From: Octopus sinensis
Taxonomy: Eukaryota
Direction: 5' to 3'
Assembly (NCBI RefSeq): GCF_006345805.1
Contig: NC_043002.1
Coordinates: 27,900,001 to 27,964,000, forward strand
DNA: 64,000 nucleotides
Made by a program: the position numbers and the translations under genes. The stretch's first letter is position 1, and every line of letters begins with the position of its first letter. Below, piece by piece: positions 11,946 to 26,047 of the stretch. A model generated the notes under the pieces. That model was not told the DNA's origin. It was given only the letters and a program-made list of their open reading frames with translations, and did not search any database.

Positions 11946-14316
11946 TATAATTTAGTAGTTCCTTAGTTTCAAGCAACATTTAGTTGCTATTTCTTGCAGG
12001 CGAAGCGACTGCATCGATGTTTTCCTTGGCGGATTACTTCTTCGTGCGGGCTCGTGGTATCATTGTTTACATAAATTCTGTTATCATTACTATCTCACTA
12101 TATCTTTAATCATTGCTCTAGCGATTATTTCTCTTTATATGGTTATTTTCACGAACCAGAGGTCGAATGCTTATTTGTCGTACAGACAAAGCAAGAATAT
12201 AAATCAATATCTAATCAATTTCTTCAATAAAACCAATCAGGTAAGACCGCGCCATTCTCTTATGTCATAAGTCTGTTCGTTCCCAGGGAGTAATAATATA
12301 AATACACACATTGTCGACATACTGGAGAAAAAGAAATGATTTCTTGCTGATAGGCTGGTGGGGCGGAATATATATTATGTGAATTTGTTTTTCTGGTAGT
12401 GTTATCGATGCAATTGTCCTTTTCTCTTTAATATTCGTCTTTTCAGTTTCCTAGACGTTTAATATTTAACACTACATTTCGAAATAGAAGTAAAAGCCAC
12501 AAAACTTTGATCCTTATAAAAGTATGTCCTGACAAGCTAATGAGGATATCACTGCATGGTCTCTTGATCTGCTAGAAATTGCAACCAAATCTCTCTGAAA
12601 TTACACTCTATCGGCCCACTTAAGACTCTCCAGTGTTAAAAAAAGGATACACTAGATAATGTACTCCTAGATGCATTATGTCTGAATAAAAGGAAGGCTA
12701 GTCAAATTTAGTGAACCATTGGTCATCTTTTGGATCAAGGTGGCAACAAAACATATAAAAAATATATTAATTATTTCATACAAATTGCTAAGGGAGTAGA
12801 CTCAATCTGTCACTTGTTTCAATCTTATGATATTCACGTCCTGTTAAAGTAAATGTTTCACGTTCGAGTGAAAATTTCTAACATGTTACGTTACGTCACA
12901 ACACAGCCATGCACTGTTTCATTGGATAGAGGAAATGAGAAGTGAATCAATGACTCACGTTCTCTTGACTTACCCTGACTTTTCTGAGTAGACAATTCTT
13001 TTTGTTCTTGAGGATTTTTTGCCTCTTTTCCACCTCGTTTATAATTATTTCTAATTTCAGCACAATGCCAGCGAATTTGAGAGAAAAAGTCAACCCCAGT
13101 ACCTGACCTTCACGAGAAGAAAAGCAAAACAGACCATGTTGGGAAGTGAACTTAAAGCATCTTGAGCTGGAAGAAAAAACACAAGTATTTTATTCGATGT
13201 TCCATATATTCTGTAAATCCAGTGCAAAATGAATGTCCGTATTTCCTGAATCATGACACATATGCACTTCACTTGTGCAGCCTCAATTTTATGAATACGC
13301 ACATAGCTTATACAGATTCACTTATATAAACATACAATCTGCAGAGGTTCACAAGTAAAACCTTTCTTGTTTTACATTTTCAATAATTGTTTCTTTACTA
13401 GAAAAAGAAACACTGGCTTAATCGGATCGTGCAATCTGGATGGGAAAGGATGTCTCGAAGGCTGTTTGAATAATGCAGCTTTAATACACAGAAACTCATT
13501 TTAAGCACTACTTAGCGATATAGGGATACTTAAATTCTTGTGGTTCTCTTTCACATATGCACATAAGAATGGATATTTCCAGTGTTTCCTAAGTTAAGAA
13601 TATATGTCATTTCTTTGCATTTAATTTGATGTTTTTAGAAATGTAAAAATTTCAGATAGCGTAAAGAGCTGTTCATATACGAAACGAGAAATAATCTCTT
13701 AAAATAAGACATATAATCGAATTAAATAGATTATAAACAAAAATAGAATTAACAAATAAATAAAAGATGCCCTTAAACGGTTTTAAAAGCCTTAATATTC
13801 TCACATTATAACATAATGCTTTTCCCCCAACTTACATAAAATATAAGAGGATAAGATGATATAATACCTATATATGAGTATTTAATTATTACGAACTTTA
13901 TATAATCATTTCCCACTTTCAATAAGATATACTTAAATTCCATATTGAATATTTAGCTTTGTAATTTCAGAGATTTATACTGCGCACTTGAAATCAGAAA
14001 TTAGTTTGGAAAAAGAAAACTTGTCTTCCTCTTTTTCTTTTTTGCCGATAACCAATTAACCAGTTTAGGAATAATCATGAATAAACCCAAATATAAAAAC
14101 AAATAGCCTAATGGTTATATATATATATTAATTAGAGAGAGAGAGAGAGAGAGGGGGGAGGGAGATCCAGATGTGTGGTGTGTATTTAAGTTTTTATAAC
14201 AATACCAATGAACATTTTATAATTAATATCTACAATAATTAATTCATAAATGTTTTATGAGAATGTTTTCAAAATCGTAAAACAGAATTGCATAAATGTA
14301 CACGTATATACATGCA

Positions 14317-14379
<63 letters not shown>

Positions 14380-14453
14380 GTGTGTGTATATATATATATA
14401 TATGTGTGTATACGTATGTATATATATATATGCATGTATGTATATATACATAC

Positions 14454-14488
<35 letters not shown>

Positions 14489-15134
14489 TATAATGTGTGT
14501 GTATATATATATGTGTGTGTATTGGCACATACGTACATACATATGTATGTGTACCTGTTGGTGCATGTATGTCCTATATGTGTGTTTAGGTGAACGTATG
14601 TGAGTAGATATGCACATACATATTTATATGAGACAAGTGCAAATATGCACGAATATATACATCTATATACTCTCTCGCCACACATACACACAAACATACA
14701 CATTTTATGCACCAATTTGCACCAGTTTGAGAAAAGAAGGATAGAGAACCCGCTTTGCTATTCTGTTTTAAGTTGGTGTTTATTATGTAAAAACTAATCA
14801 TATTTACGTTAAGCTTAACATAAGTTGAGAATAAAATAATTTATAAAACGTTTGTTTGGATAATATGATCTACTCGAAACTTAGATATTCAAAGTCTCCT
14901 TGAAATAGTTATGGCTTCCTTCTGATATGTTTATGCTTATGATATTTAATTATAAACAGGAAGAGTAATAAGACAGTTTTCAAGCATTATTTAATGTCAA
15001 TTATGTTTCGGTAGATAAGGAATAGACACATACATGAACGTATGGTTAAATCGCTCGCTTTGGAAACACGTGACGGCGATGAGGGAAAAGCATGCTTATA
15101 TTCGTAAATTCATACACACTTATATGTATGTATA

Positions 15135-15174
<40 letters not shown>

Positions 15175-15184
15175 CATACATACA

Positions 15185-15215
<31 letters not shown>

Positions 15216-15429
15216 GTATGTGGGTATGTCGACAACAGTGCATATTAAAATCTAGGCAGGTAGTAATCCAAGTATTCTAGAGTTCTAGAAGAGTGTATGA
15301 TCGAAATATTAAAGACTTCTTTCACTTTTTCTTAGCGTCAACCTATTATCACATTCTGTTTGTTGTTCTTACACCTCGTGCTTATCTTTTCTCTATTTTA
15401 GGGCCATATGTGTGTGTATGTGTATTTAC

Positions 15430-15486
<57 letters not shown>

Positions 15487-16219
15487 TCAATAAATGGTGG
15501 GGTTGTGTTGACCGCACGTGGAGAAATAATAAGTAAGGAAAAAAAATTTTTTTTTAATGCAGACTGCTCAAATGAAAGAAAATTTTAATAAAATGAGAAA
15601 TTGATAAAATATATAAATATATATTTATTCAACCGGTTTTCGTCATTGTATGACTTGTCAAGAATATTTATGTTTTAAAAAGTTTTTTTAAAAATTAGAA
15701 AGGGGAAAAAAAGAAAATTGCATTGTTTTTTGCAAAAGAATAATGATAAAAATGTACAAAAATTTAAAAATAAGTATTCCGATACATTGTGAGTTCGTTG
15801 TGTATCTTGAGTTTTATGATTGTTCACGAAAAAATTACCTTGAGGTATTAAGATCCAAAGGGATTAAGAGCATGTGTTGTGTGGTTTAATTCAGCATGTT
15901 GGCAGGACAGGAAGTATGTGTGCGTGTATGTGTGCGTGTATGTGTGCGTGTGTGGTTTTGTATTAATGTATTGGGTTCATGTTAAGAAAAACTTTAAATA
16001 TCTTGATTTTACAAGACGATCACATGGAGAAATGGTGTTCGTTTCCATTTTGGAGACGAACACCATTCCCCAAATGATCGGCTTGAAAAATTAAGATATT
16101 AAGATATTTCTAACATGAAACCAATGGTAGCCTTAATAAACAAATAAAAAATGCGGTGTTGAGCACTCATTCTCGTCGTTCGACATTTACCTATACATGT
16201 ATATATATATATATATATA

Positions 16220-16524
16220 TACTAAGTAATTAAGGGTTTAGCAACGATTTGCCTCACCACACACCGAGTTTAGAAATAGCAGTCAAAGAGTTATAGTTAT
16301 TCTTTCTACTAAAAGGGAGATCTCAGTAAAACCACAGCACTTAGAAGGCAAACGCAGGCAAGAGAGAAAGAAATGACGACAATCATACAATATTAAGTCA
16401 CCTACGGACGTACGTTTCGAAATTAAGTTTTAGGAAAGCATAAGAATTAGATAATTATGTCTTACCCAACTATTTTTCTCATCAGCGTAGGACACTACAA
16501 TTATGAATAATTGTATATTAAATT
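16220..16524 (-). mobile_element. P3a: same family as P1, single pseudo-LTR unit next to (TA)n
   Basis: Collinear with 6801-7115 (diverged), with the same start (TACTAAG) and end (TGTATATTAAATT). Confidence 0.75.
16401..16491 (-). ncRNA. type I hammerhead ribozyme with intact CUGAUGA core
   Basis: Minus strand: CCTACG CTGATGA GAAA..long stem II..TTTC GAAA CGTACG TC CGTAGG. Confidence 0.85.
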
Positions 16525-16692
16525 TGGAGGTACTAGAAGACAACACCTCAACTCATAGTATCAGAGCGAGCTAAAGCCGTTACCAGTATCACCAAATTCA
16601 AAGTGTGAATGAAAGTTTGTGTCACCGACCCCCTCCCACCAGCGTGCTGCCAGGACAAGATGTTGTGGTCATTTACTGGGATGAAATATGGT

Positions 16693-16922
16693 TATCAGTA
16701 ATAATATAGGGTGAAATTAATTAATTTGGAATAATCATTAATTTCACCAAGTAGATTTCGGCATGTAAAAGAACTATTTGACTGCTATTTCTAAACTCGG
16801 TGTGTGGTGAGGCAAATCGTTGCTAAACCCTTAATTACTTAGTATTACTTAAACTTTCCTCGAATGGGGCTTTTACATGCCGAAATCTACTTGGTGAAAT
16901 TAATGATTATTCCAAATTAATT
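16693..16922. mobile_element. P3b: rearranged P1-family 3' end with internal inversion
   Basis: 16693-16771 is antisense to the P1 extension; 16777-16922 is the sense pLTR end plus most of the extension. Confidence 0.65.
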
Positions 16923-17049
16923 TCATTGCCGGTCTATGATGAAACCAAGGTCTTCGTCACTGTTTTCTATTGGATTATATGTATTGTCTAAACCAATACA
17001 ATTGTAAGCATATATGATGCAAACGTATCTTCTTATAGCACCCCGGCTA

Positions 17050-17630
17050 GTATTTGAAAGAATTCAGAGTGCCAAGAGTAGACTGTAAGAGGGAAAAGCT
17101 GCTGGCCCAGATGAAATTCCCCCTGAAGTTTTCGAGAGTGCAACCTGGATGAAATAATACTAGATTTGGCGAATAAGCTCTTGCAGAACCAAGAAAGTCC
17201 AGATCAGTTATCCGAAACTGACTTGATACCAATCCCAAAGCAAAGAAACTAACTACAGAGGAATTGCACAGTCCAATATCTCGCTCAAAGTCATCATCCG
17301 AATGATCCTCAACATGATTCAATAGGTGCTTGATAGCCATCTGAAACCAAATCAAAATAGATTCGGGCCTTGAGACCAGGAAGATCCACAACATCTCAGA
17401 TCTTTGCCCTGAGGCGTATCACAAGCGTTAAATCAAGACTCTGTCTACCATTATAAGCTTTGTGGACTTCAGCAACGGGTTTGACAGCATCCATCGATAC
17501 AAAATATTGATCCTTCGAGTATATGGCATTCCAGAACTAGTTCTTGCCATTGCAAAAACTTCTATGAAGTCCAGAACTCGTGTGTTGTCATCTGATAGGA
17601 AAATGGAATTCCTTCGGAATAGCTGTCCCA
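17050..17630 (+). pseudogene. RTE-clade LINE reverse transcriptase relic
   Basis: Frameshifted KAAGPDEIPPEV, LIPIPK..NYRGI, RPGRSTT.QI.ALRRI, FVDFS.GFDSIHR, YGIPE motifs. Confidence 0.75.
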
Positions 17631-19669
17631 TATATTTTGGAATTTCCCTAATCTCGTCAGGATTTTTGCTTTTATTCAGTCATTGCAAAGCGAAAAAGGG
17701 AAGCCTTTTTAAAACAAAAGTTTTAAAATCCATGTCTTTTAAATGTTTATCTCTCCCCTCACACAACCACACTCATCGTGTCTTTGGAACAATAAAACAA
17801 CCACTAAAATTATATATTTTTCTTTTTCGTAATTTTCTGTCATTTTATCGTATTCAACATTCTGAAACATTTGTAGCTCGCGTTAAAGAAAAATCAATCG
17901 TACCCGCTTTCCCCAACATGATTGTACTTTGTACAAGGAAGGAAACGTCAAACACTGCAAGTGATTGAGTGAGAAAAAATTGGAACTTTGAAAAGTGTAT
18001 CAATAAAGCAACATTTTCAGTCGTTTATTTAAACTTTCTCTGTTAACTCATCAAATACAATTACATGCGATAGATGGGTTTTGAGATTTAAATTTGCTAA
18101 TTTTTTAAGATTTTAATTATTGTGTGTGAGGGAGCTCACCGAATTTGAAGTGCTCTGGACACCCTATGTTTTAAATCCAATCCTGCTGATACCTGCTTCT
18201 ACATATAGAAATATACATGTTTGTGGTTAAATCGTGTAATTTAAAATACACATTTTTTAACACTTTGAGATTGTCTGAAATTAATTCGTAGGATAGTATT
18301 AATTTAGAATAGAATTACAAATATCCCATCATGAAACAGAATATTAGTAATACTGAACATCGCAAAATCATATAATTAATCCACTGCTAACGGGAACCAT
18401 TAACTGATTCTACTTAATTAAAAGCAATTTATTAAACTGTCTACACTTCAAAAAATTAAAGTCTTTGATGTAGGTAATTAGAATGTTTAATATAAGGAGT
18501 TTCCCCATAATGTAGAGACTTCAATACTTTGATCTCGTAATATATAGTATATTACGGTCCGTGATTTTCCAATTTATTTTTAAAATTTTGGTACCTTGTC
18601 TTTTAGCTCCTGTATATAACTGGAAATGACAACCTGTTTCCTTTTCTTCATGCAAGCAGGAAGCGCTTGTGATACACACACACACACACAAATTATGTGC
18701 GCATATGTGTATATGTACATAGGTATTATGCTCACACACACACACATATATATGTAATATTTAGTTTCGATCCCCGTACCTCAATCTTCCATGATGTCTG
18801 GTGCATCAGCGACCTACACACCATAACAACGTCCACTTCTCCGTACATGATGTTATTTTTCATTGCTCCCAAGCATTCTGCATCCAAGTGTTATCCACAT
18901 ACTGCTTCGATGCTTCACCCTAAATCTATGCTGACTGCAAGAGCAGAAATTTTCAAAACATTCTCCAATAGGAACACACCAATATTCTTTTCTTCGTTAC
19001 ACAAATATGTCCATAGGTATCACGTAAAAGATGTAACCTATATGAACAACACATCAACAGAATTATCAAGGTTGGTATGAAAGACACGCCTCGACATGAC
19101 TAAAATTTCCTCCTAGCAAACGCGGGTCCTCAACATAAAAAAAAATTTTGCATTAGAAAGGCTAGACTTCCTCTTTAGAGTTAGAAAATATTTCAGCTCA
19201 AAGGAATAACCAAACTTTCAGAGATAATACTTCTACGTCTGGAGCCTGTGACTACGATACTGCTACAAATACAAACATCCGAAAAAAGTCGCTCTACTTA
19301 CTTAATGGCATGAAGTCGCTTACAGAGTTCAGTCCCTTCTCCCAAGAATATTCACTCTCAAACAATTCTTCGTTTGACCATATTTTTTCTTACAGCAATT
19401 GTTTCAGGACAAGCATTATCTACGTAGGCCTCATCGGTTTTGAAGGACCTGCGAAGGCCATTGATAAAACACTTTCTTCTAGATCAAACCCACATAATTA
19501 TATATATATAGGGGTGGCTGTGTGGTAAGTAGCTTGCTTACCAACCACATGGTTCTCGGTTCAGTCCCACTGCGTGGCACCTTGGGCAAGTGTCTTCTAC
19601 TATAGCCTCGGGCCAACCAAAGCCTTGGGAGTAGATTTGGTAGAAGGAAACTGAAAGAAGCCCGTCGTA

Positions 19670-19752
<83 letters not shown>

Positions 19753-19755
<3 letters not shown>

Positions 19756-20302
19756 GTGAAATAGAAAGATGAATAATCTTGTAGTAGATTAATCAAAAGT
19801 TTAACCGATACCTTAGTAGCAAAAATCACAGCAGTAAACAGCACGGTTGGAGGTACAACCATCTGGCGTTGCAACCGTGCGTTGGTGCGGATAATGAAAT
19901 TAAAACATTATTGGTGAATTGAAGAAATGGAGCTGAACGCAGATTGAACAGAAATCGTTTTATTTCATTCTACACGTGTTTCGAAAGGCACAAATTACCA
20001 AAATCCGATTGAATAATGGGACCATATTGTGTCTTTCTCTTCAGGAAGAAAAAAGGAAATCCGTTGGAAAAACAAAAACAGAACAGAGGCGGAGCAAAAA
20101 ACAAATCGATTTTTTGCTCCGCCTCTGTTCTGTTTTTGTTTTTCCAACGGATTTCCTTTTTTCTTCCTGAAGAGAAAGACACAATATGGTCCCATTATTC
20201 AATCGGATTTTGGTAATTTGTGCCTTTCGAAACACGTGTAGAATGAAATAAAACGATTTCTGTTCAATCTGCGTTCAGCTCCATTTCTTCAATTCACCAA
20301 TA
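19753..20302 (-). mobile_element. P2: Penelope-like inverted pseudo-LTR element (193-bp perfect arms, 8-nt spacer, about 155-bp extension) in (TA)n
   Basis: 19909-20101 is the reverse complement of 20110-20302. Hammerhead fold in each arm; (TA)n on both sides. Confidence 0.7.
20160..20248 (+). ncRNA. type I hammerhead ribozyme fold (mirror copy 19963-20051 on minus strand)
   Basis: Stem I TTTCTTC/GAA(T)GAAA, CTGAAGA (20167-20173), stem II GAAAG-A-CACAA/TTGTG-C-CTTTC, GAAA (20229-20232), stem III ACA-CG-TGT, GUA site after 20240. Confidence 0.8.
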
Positions 20303-20346
20303 TATATATATATGTTATATATATATATATAATATATATATATTAT

Positions 20347-20392
<46 letters not shown>

Positions 20393-20406
20393 TATATATA
20401 TATAAT

Positions 20407-20437
<31 letters not shown>

Positions 20438-21227
20438 GTGGTGTGGTGTGTGTGTTTGTGTGTCTATGTTTGTCCCCTCAACATCGCTTGACAACCGATG
20501 CTGGTGTGTTACGTCTCCGTAACTTAGCGGTTCGACAAAAGAGACCAATAGAATAAGTACTAGGTACTAGGCTTACAAAGAATAACTCCCGGGGTCGATT
20601 TGCTCGACTAAAGGCGGTGCTCCAGCATGGCCACAGTCAAATGACTGAAACCAGTAAAAGAGTAAAAGAGTAATACATATATATAAACCCAACCGATTTC
20701 TGCATAATAGCTTCCCTCTACCAGATTTGATGCGCGGAATCAAGTTCATGGCCGAAGGCACACGCCCAAAATACTATACAATAGAATTGAACGAGCAGCT
20801 ACTCAGTAGCAAAGCCATCTGATTAGCCATAAAGCTTTACCTCTGGCCATCAATAGAGATTAATAAAAGATGGCTGATCATATTCTAACAATTTACAAAA
20901 TAATATTTTCATTAATGTTGCAAATTATCAAACTTCATTTAATTTCTATCAACTGATAATCAAAACTAAATTTATTATGATGCTTTGAAATATATGTTCA
21001 AAGGCTGAGTTTCGTCGCTACAGGAAAAGATAACACATATGTAACACATATGTAACACATTCATAAAACACAAACACAAGTCTGCGCACAAGCACACAGA
21101 AATACGCAGCGATATACACACATACGCACACAAATACATATCCGTAATACATTCATAAAACACGCACACACACACGTGCGCACACAAGCACACACACGCA
21201 AATACACATATACAAACACGCACATTC

Positions 21228-21670
<443 letters not shown>

Positions 21671-21842
21671 ATAATGTGTATGTGTACTGTAGTTAAACAA
21701 TTCTTTCTTATACAAGGTAATTGATCAAATTTCAAAGCAGTGAATGTGTTCCACAAAATCAATGAAAACTCTGATGTACTTCTATACATATAATAATAAT
21801 TACTAAACTAGGATTATAAGCAGTAATAGTGGAGACACTGGT

Positions 21843-21880
<38 letters not shown>

Positions 21881-21947
21881 ATACATCTATGTATGCGTGG
21901 TATCATGTCACGCATACATATCACTTATATGTAAATATATATATATA

Positions 21948-21992
<45 letters not shown>

Positions 21993-22945
21993 GAACGCGT
22001 GCATATGTGCGTGTGTTATATGCTGTGTGCATATGTGTTCACGTAGGCATATATTTGTATGTTTATATGTATGTGCATGTATGTATATAGGTATGAATGT
22101 TTATAATATATATTTATGTATATATGTGTGTATGTATATATATATATGCATATATATTTATATATATATATGTGTGTGTATATATATATACATATATATG
22201 TATGTATGTATGTATGTGTGCATGTATGTACGTATGTATACATACATATACGTATATGTGTGTGTATGCGCACGTATATGTCTATGTGTTTGTGCTTTTA
22301 TGTATATTATCTATGCGTACATATGCATACTCTTATATGTCTGTATGTATATATATGTATGTATAAATATAAATTTCTATAAATATATGTATATATATGT
22401 GCGTGCATGTGGGCACGTAGATACATACATACATATATATATTTAAATATATATGTGGGAGGAGGAGTGATTGTGTGTATATATATGTGGGGGGACAGGT
22501 GCGTGTGTGGGTTATTTAGAAACTAAACTATTGTTGATGTTTCCTTTAAGCCCTCCCGTATTAATGATTGACGAATGGAAAACTACAAGCCCTGAATATA
22601 ATCATCTAATTCTTCAAAGTTATACGTGAATATATTAAAACACAATTATATGCGAAAACAATAATATATGCGCAGAGTGTCACAGACAGACAGAACGACA
22701 CGCAAAGACAAAGAGAGACATATGAAAAGAGACAGTATGAAAGAAAGTGTGTTAAAAGGAAAGACACAGAGAGAGAGAGAGAGAGAGATTCCCTCCTCTG
22801 TTCATAATTTATATCCGTGTGTGTGTTTCTGTGTGTGTGTGTTTCTCTATCTCACGTCACTACGCAGGCTGTTCTGTTTCACAATTGAATTCTCACCAAT
22901 TATATGATATACATGTCTGCATATATTGTCTACGTGGGTTGTGTG

Positions 22946-23230
22946 AAGATACGTGGCACAGTGGTTCGGGTATTCGGTTTACGATCGTATGGTCGTGAGT
23001 TTGATTCTCTGCGGCGCGTTGTGTCGGTGAGTAAGACACCTTATTTCACGTTGCTCCAGTCCATTAAGCTATCAAAAATGAGTGGTACCTGTATTTCAAA
23101 ACGCCAGCCTGGTCACATTCTGTATAGCGCTGAATATCCCTAAGCATGTCTGTAGAGTGCTAAGCCACTTACACGTTACTTTCACGTGCAGTCTGTTCCG
23201 TTGACCGAATCGTCGTAACCAACGGAGTGC
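22946..23230 (+). mobile_element. tRNA-derived SINE, family 4
   Basis: tRNA-like head GTGGCACAGTGGTT...GAGTTTGATTCT and central TTGCTCCAGTCCA; reverse copy at about 37100-37420. Confidence 0.65.
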
Positions 23231-23469
23231 CAGTTTTACATACGTCATTAAAGTATATGTTCATTGCGTTGCTCGTGTGTAACTTTATCGTGTTTTACGG
23301 TGGTTTGGGACAAAAAACCACCATAAACTCGCGATAAAGATACACATGAGCAATGCAATGAACATATGATAAATAGGCTTACCCTTGCGTTGAATACATC
23401 AGTAAGAAATGCATATTTAGTTTTACTTTTTGGTAAAGATTGCATAGCGCTGTCTATATTAGTATTATG

Positions 23470-23501
<32 letters not shown>

Positions 23502-25604
23502 CATACATACATACATACATACATACATACATAGAAGTTAAAATGTTGGTGCATTAATGTTGAAACAATTGTTTCTACTCCAATAACTAATAACTAAACC
23601 TTGAAAGTTGCATTATGGCCATTAAATTATATTGCTAACATTTTTGCACAAATTATTTTTGATAACCTTTTAAATATATAAGTTTCATTGTAACAACCAT
23701 AAAAGTAATTTATTATATTTGTAAATAACTGAATGTAAATTGACATTTTCAGAAAAATAATAGATATGGCAATTTCGGAGAAATGTATATTTTGGAGAAA
23801 ATATAATTTTTAACGAAATGTACAAGTTTTTATATATATTTTATATAATTTATATATTTTTGCTTACATACATATATGTGTGGGTGTATCATTTGTGCTT
23901 TTCCTGCTCGTTGTTTGTTTTTCTTTTTAAATGTACTGAAACTGTTGTAAGTATATATGGCCGTTGTTTATTACATTTCCTTATGTGATATAGCAAATTA
24001 CCTAAAAATACATTCACTAATTGAATAATGCGAAATATATGGACTAGAAATTTCATAAGCATTTTCAGAAACAATGATACAAACTTCTGAAATATTAAAA
24101 TCTAATAGATACCATCTTACTAATTTTATTGCTTCCTTTAGTGTTATTGTTACTGTTGTTGCTCCTGTCGCGACGGTTGCAGTAGTTGTTGCTGTAAGAT
24201 AACTATCGTAGGTACGCAAACAATATCAATTTCTTTGTGTGTCAATCATTTTTTTTTTTTTACCCATTAGTCCGTTGGCCAGTCTGTTTTCAATTGTCAA
24301 TCCTTTCTTATCGTTGCTATAGTTGTATAGCCCTAGATCTCGATTGACCGGCTTTATGGCTGGAAGATAATAAGCCGTACAACAGATGTATTTTTAGCTG
24401 CGCTTTGCCTTCGGTTAGCAGAGAATTATACTGCATTCCGACTTACAGTGATGAGTCGTACGGGGTTTTGTAAGACAGTCTGGAGATATTGTATTTTCTC
24501 CACTAACCATACTATTTCTGTACACCCGTGGATTCTGGCGAGGGCCAGTAACCGAGATGAAACCGGTTGGAGTACGAACAGTTGTTGTTCCTCTTAAATT
24601 ATTGTCAGTGCTGTATATCCCAGAACAGTTTATGGGGCGGTAGACGTTAAAGATGATGCAGCTATTCCTGTGTTCATGTGGTCTTGATTGCTGTTTAGGT
24701 TGTCGGACACTGTGAGAACAGCGGAGTTTTAAAAATACAGCAGAAAACTGTATCTTTTGCATGTCCACGTAGTTTTTCATTATCAGTCTTTTTGCTTCGT
24801 TGTGTTGGCGATGAGCGGGTGTGGTTTGCGCACTACCTGAGATGATGTTGTGCTGCAATGTTTTAAGAGATTTAGAGCTCAAGGAGGATTGAATTTTGTA
24901 GTGAACTGATAGGCGGATAATATATATCTTATATAACATCCGTTCTGTCTGTCTGTGTGTCTTCTCAGATCTTGGGCATCCTCCATCCGATTGCGTTCAA
25001 ATTTGAAATGTAGATACCGACCGTATCAGGGCGTGTATAAGTCTTGAAAAGTTACAAAAACCGATTCCAGGTGAAAATGCGATCGATAAAGCCGTTTTTG
25101 TCCTGCTTTTCTTCCGTCAACCTGTACATAACTGCACCTTCCATTTTTTGTTGTTTTTGTACTGCTTAAAGGCACGTTTCTTTCCTGCAAAGCATACTGT
25201 TTAAACCATGTTTGTGTTCTCCCAGTCAACAGCCTTATCATTACTTTAAACTCTTCAGTTGCATATAAATGTTAATAAAATCGTTTTTCTTTGGAATAGA
25301 AAAAAGTCTACCTTTATTTCTTCTTTTGCTGGTGTCTCAAATTTAGGTTAAATCAGTGTTTCTCGAAAGGGAGGCCTATGGGACGGTCGGACAAGTTGTT
25401 TTGAGAAAATTTGGTTTAAATGTTTGACAACTCAGCACCGTTCATATATATATATATATATATATATTGGACCGTCCGTATATATATATATTGGACTAAT
25501 CCATTGATGAAAAACTGCTCCAATACAAAACGACATTTGAACCTTTTTGAACTGTTTTGAACTTTCTATTTATCTTACTCCGTATGTTGTTACTTTGCCT
25601 CCCT

Positions 25605-25643
<39 letters not shown>

Positions 25644-26015
25644 CCGCTTTCTCTCATTTTCTTTTCATTTTCGTCTTCTCTTCTTTTCTTCACCTTTTCC
25701 TTCATTTTCTTCTTTTTCTCTTCTCCTCACGCCTTTTGAATATCTTGAGCTGTTATACTACTTACGTCATTACGTTCCTTTTCTCTCACCTTTTTCTTCT
25801 TTTTTCTTTCTTACTTTATTCTTTATCTTTTTTTTCAAACTCGCCCGATTACAAATCTTTCCTCATATTCCTTTCTGTTGAAGAGCGTAGGCTTGAAACG
25901 TAAAAGACTTTCTCACTTTCCCGAGCGTCAAACTAATACACCTGCTTGTTCATACACCTATGTTCGTCTTTTGTTTTACTGTAAATTTCAACTATATATA
26001 TATATAATATATATA

Positions 26016-26047
<32 letters not shown>

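Larger units (their letters stand above)
19510..20671 (+). mobile_element. SINE family 1 copy interrupted within its internal (TA)n by element P2
   Basis: Head 19510-19667 and tail about 20440-20671 match the 794-1241 copy. Confidence 0.85.

Noticed and set aside
18760-18930. Possible Tc1 transposase trace (VKH..M..GC on the minus strand)
   Set aside because: Too short and degenerate to support.
19970-20241. Paired near-identical ORFs on both strands
   Set aside because: A by-product of the P2 palindrome; the same applies to 6830-7033 and 7194-7397.
24925-25240. Possible non-autonomous Helitron/DINE-like element with (CTGT)n
   Set aside because: Only a stylistic resemblance; termini could not be defined.
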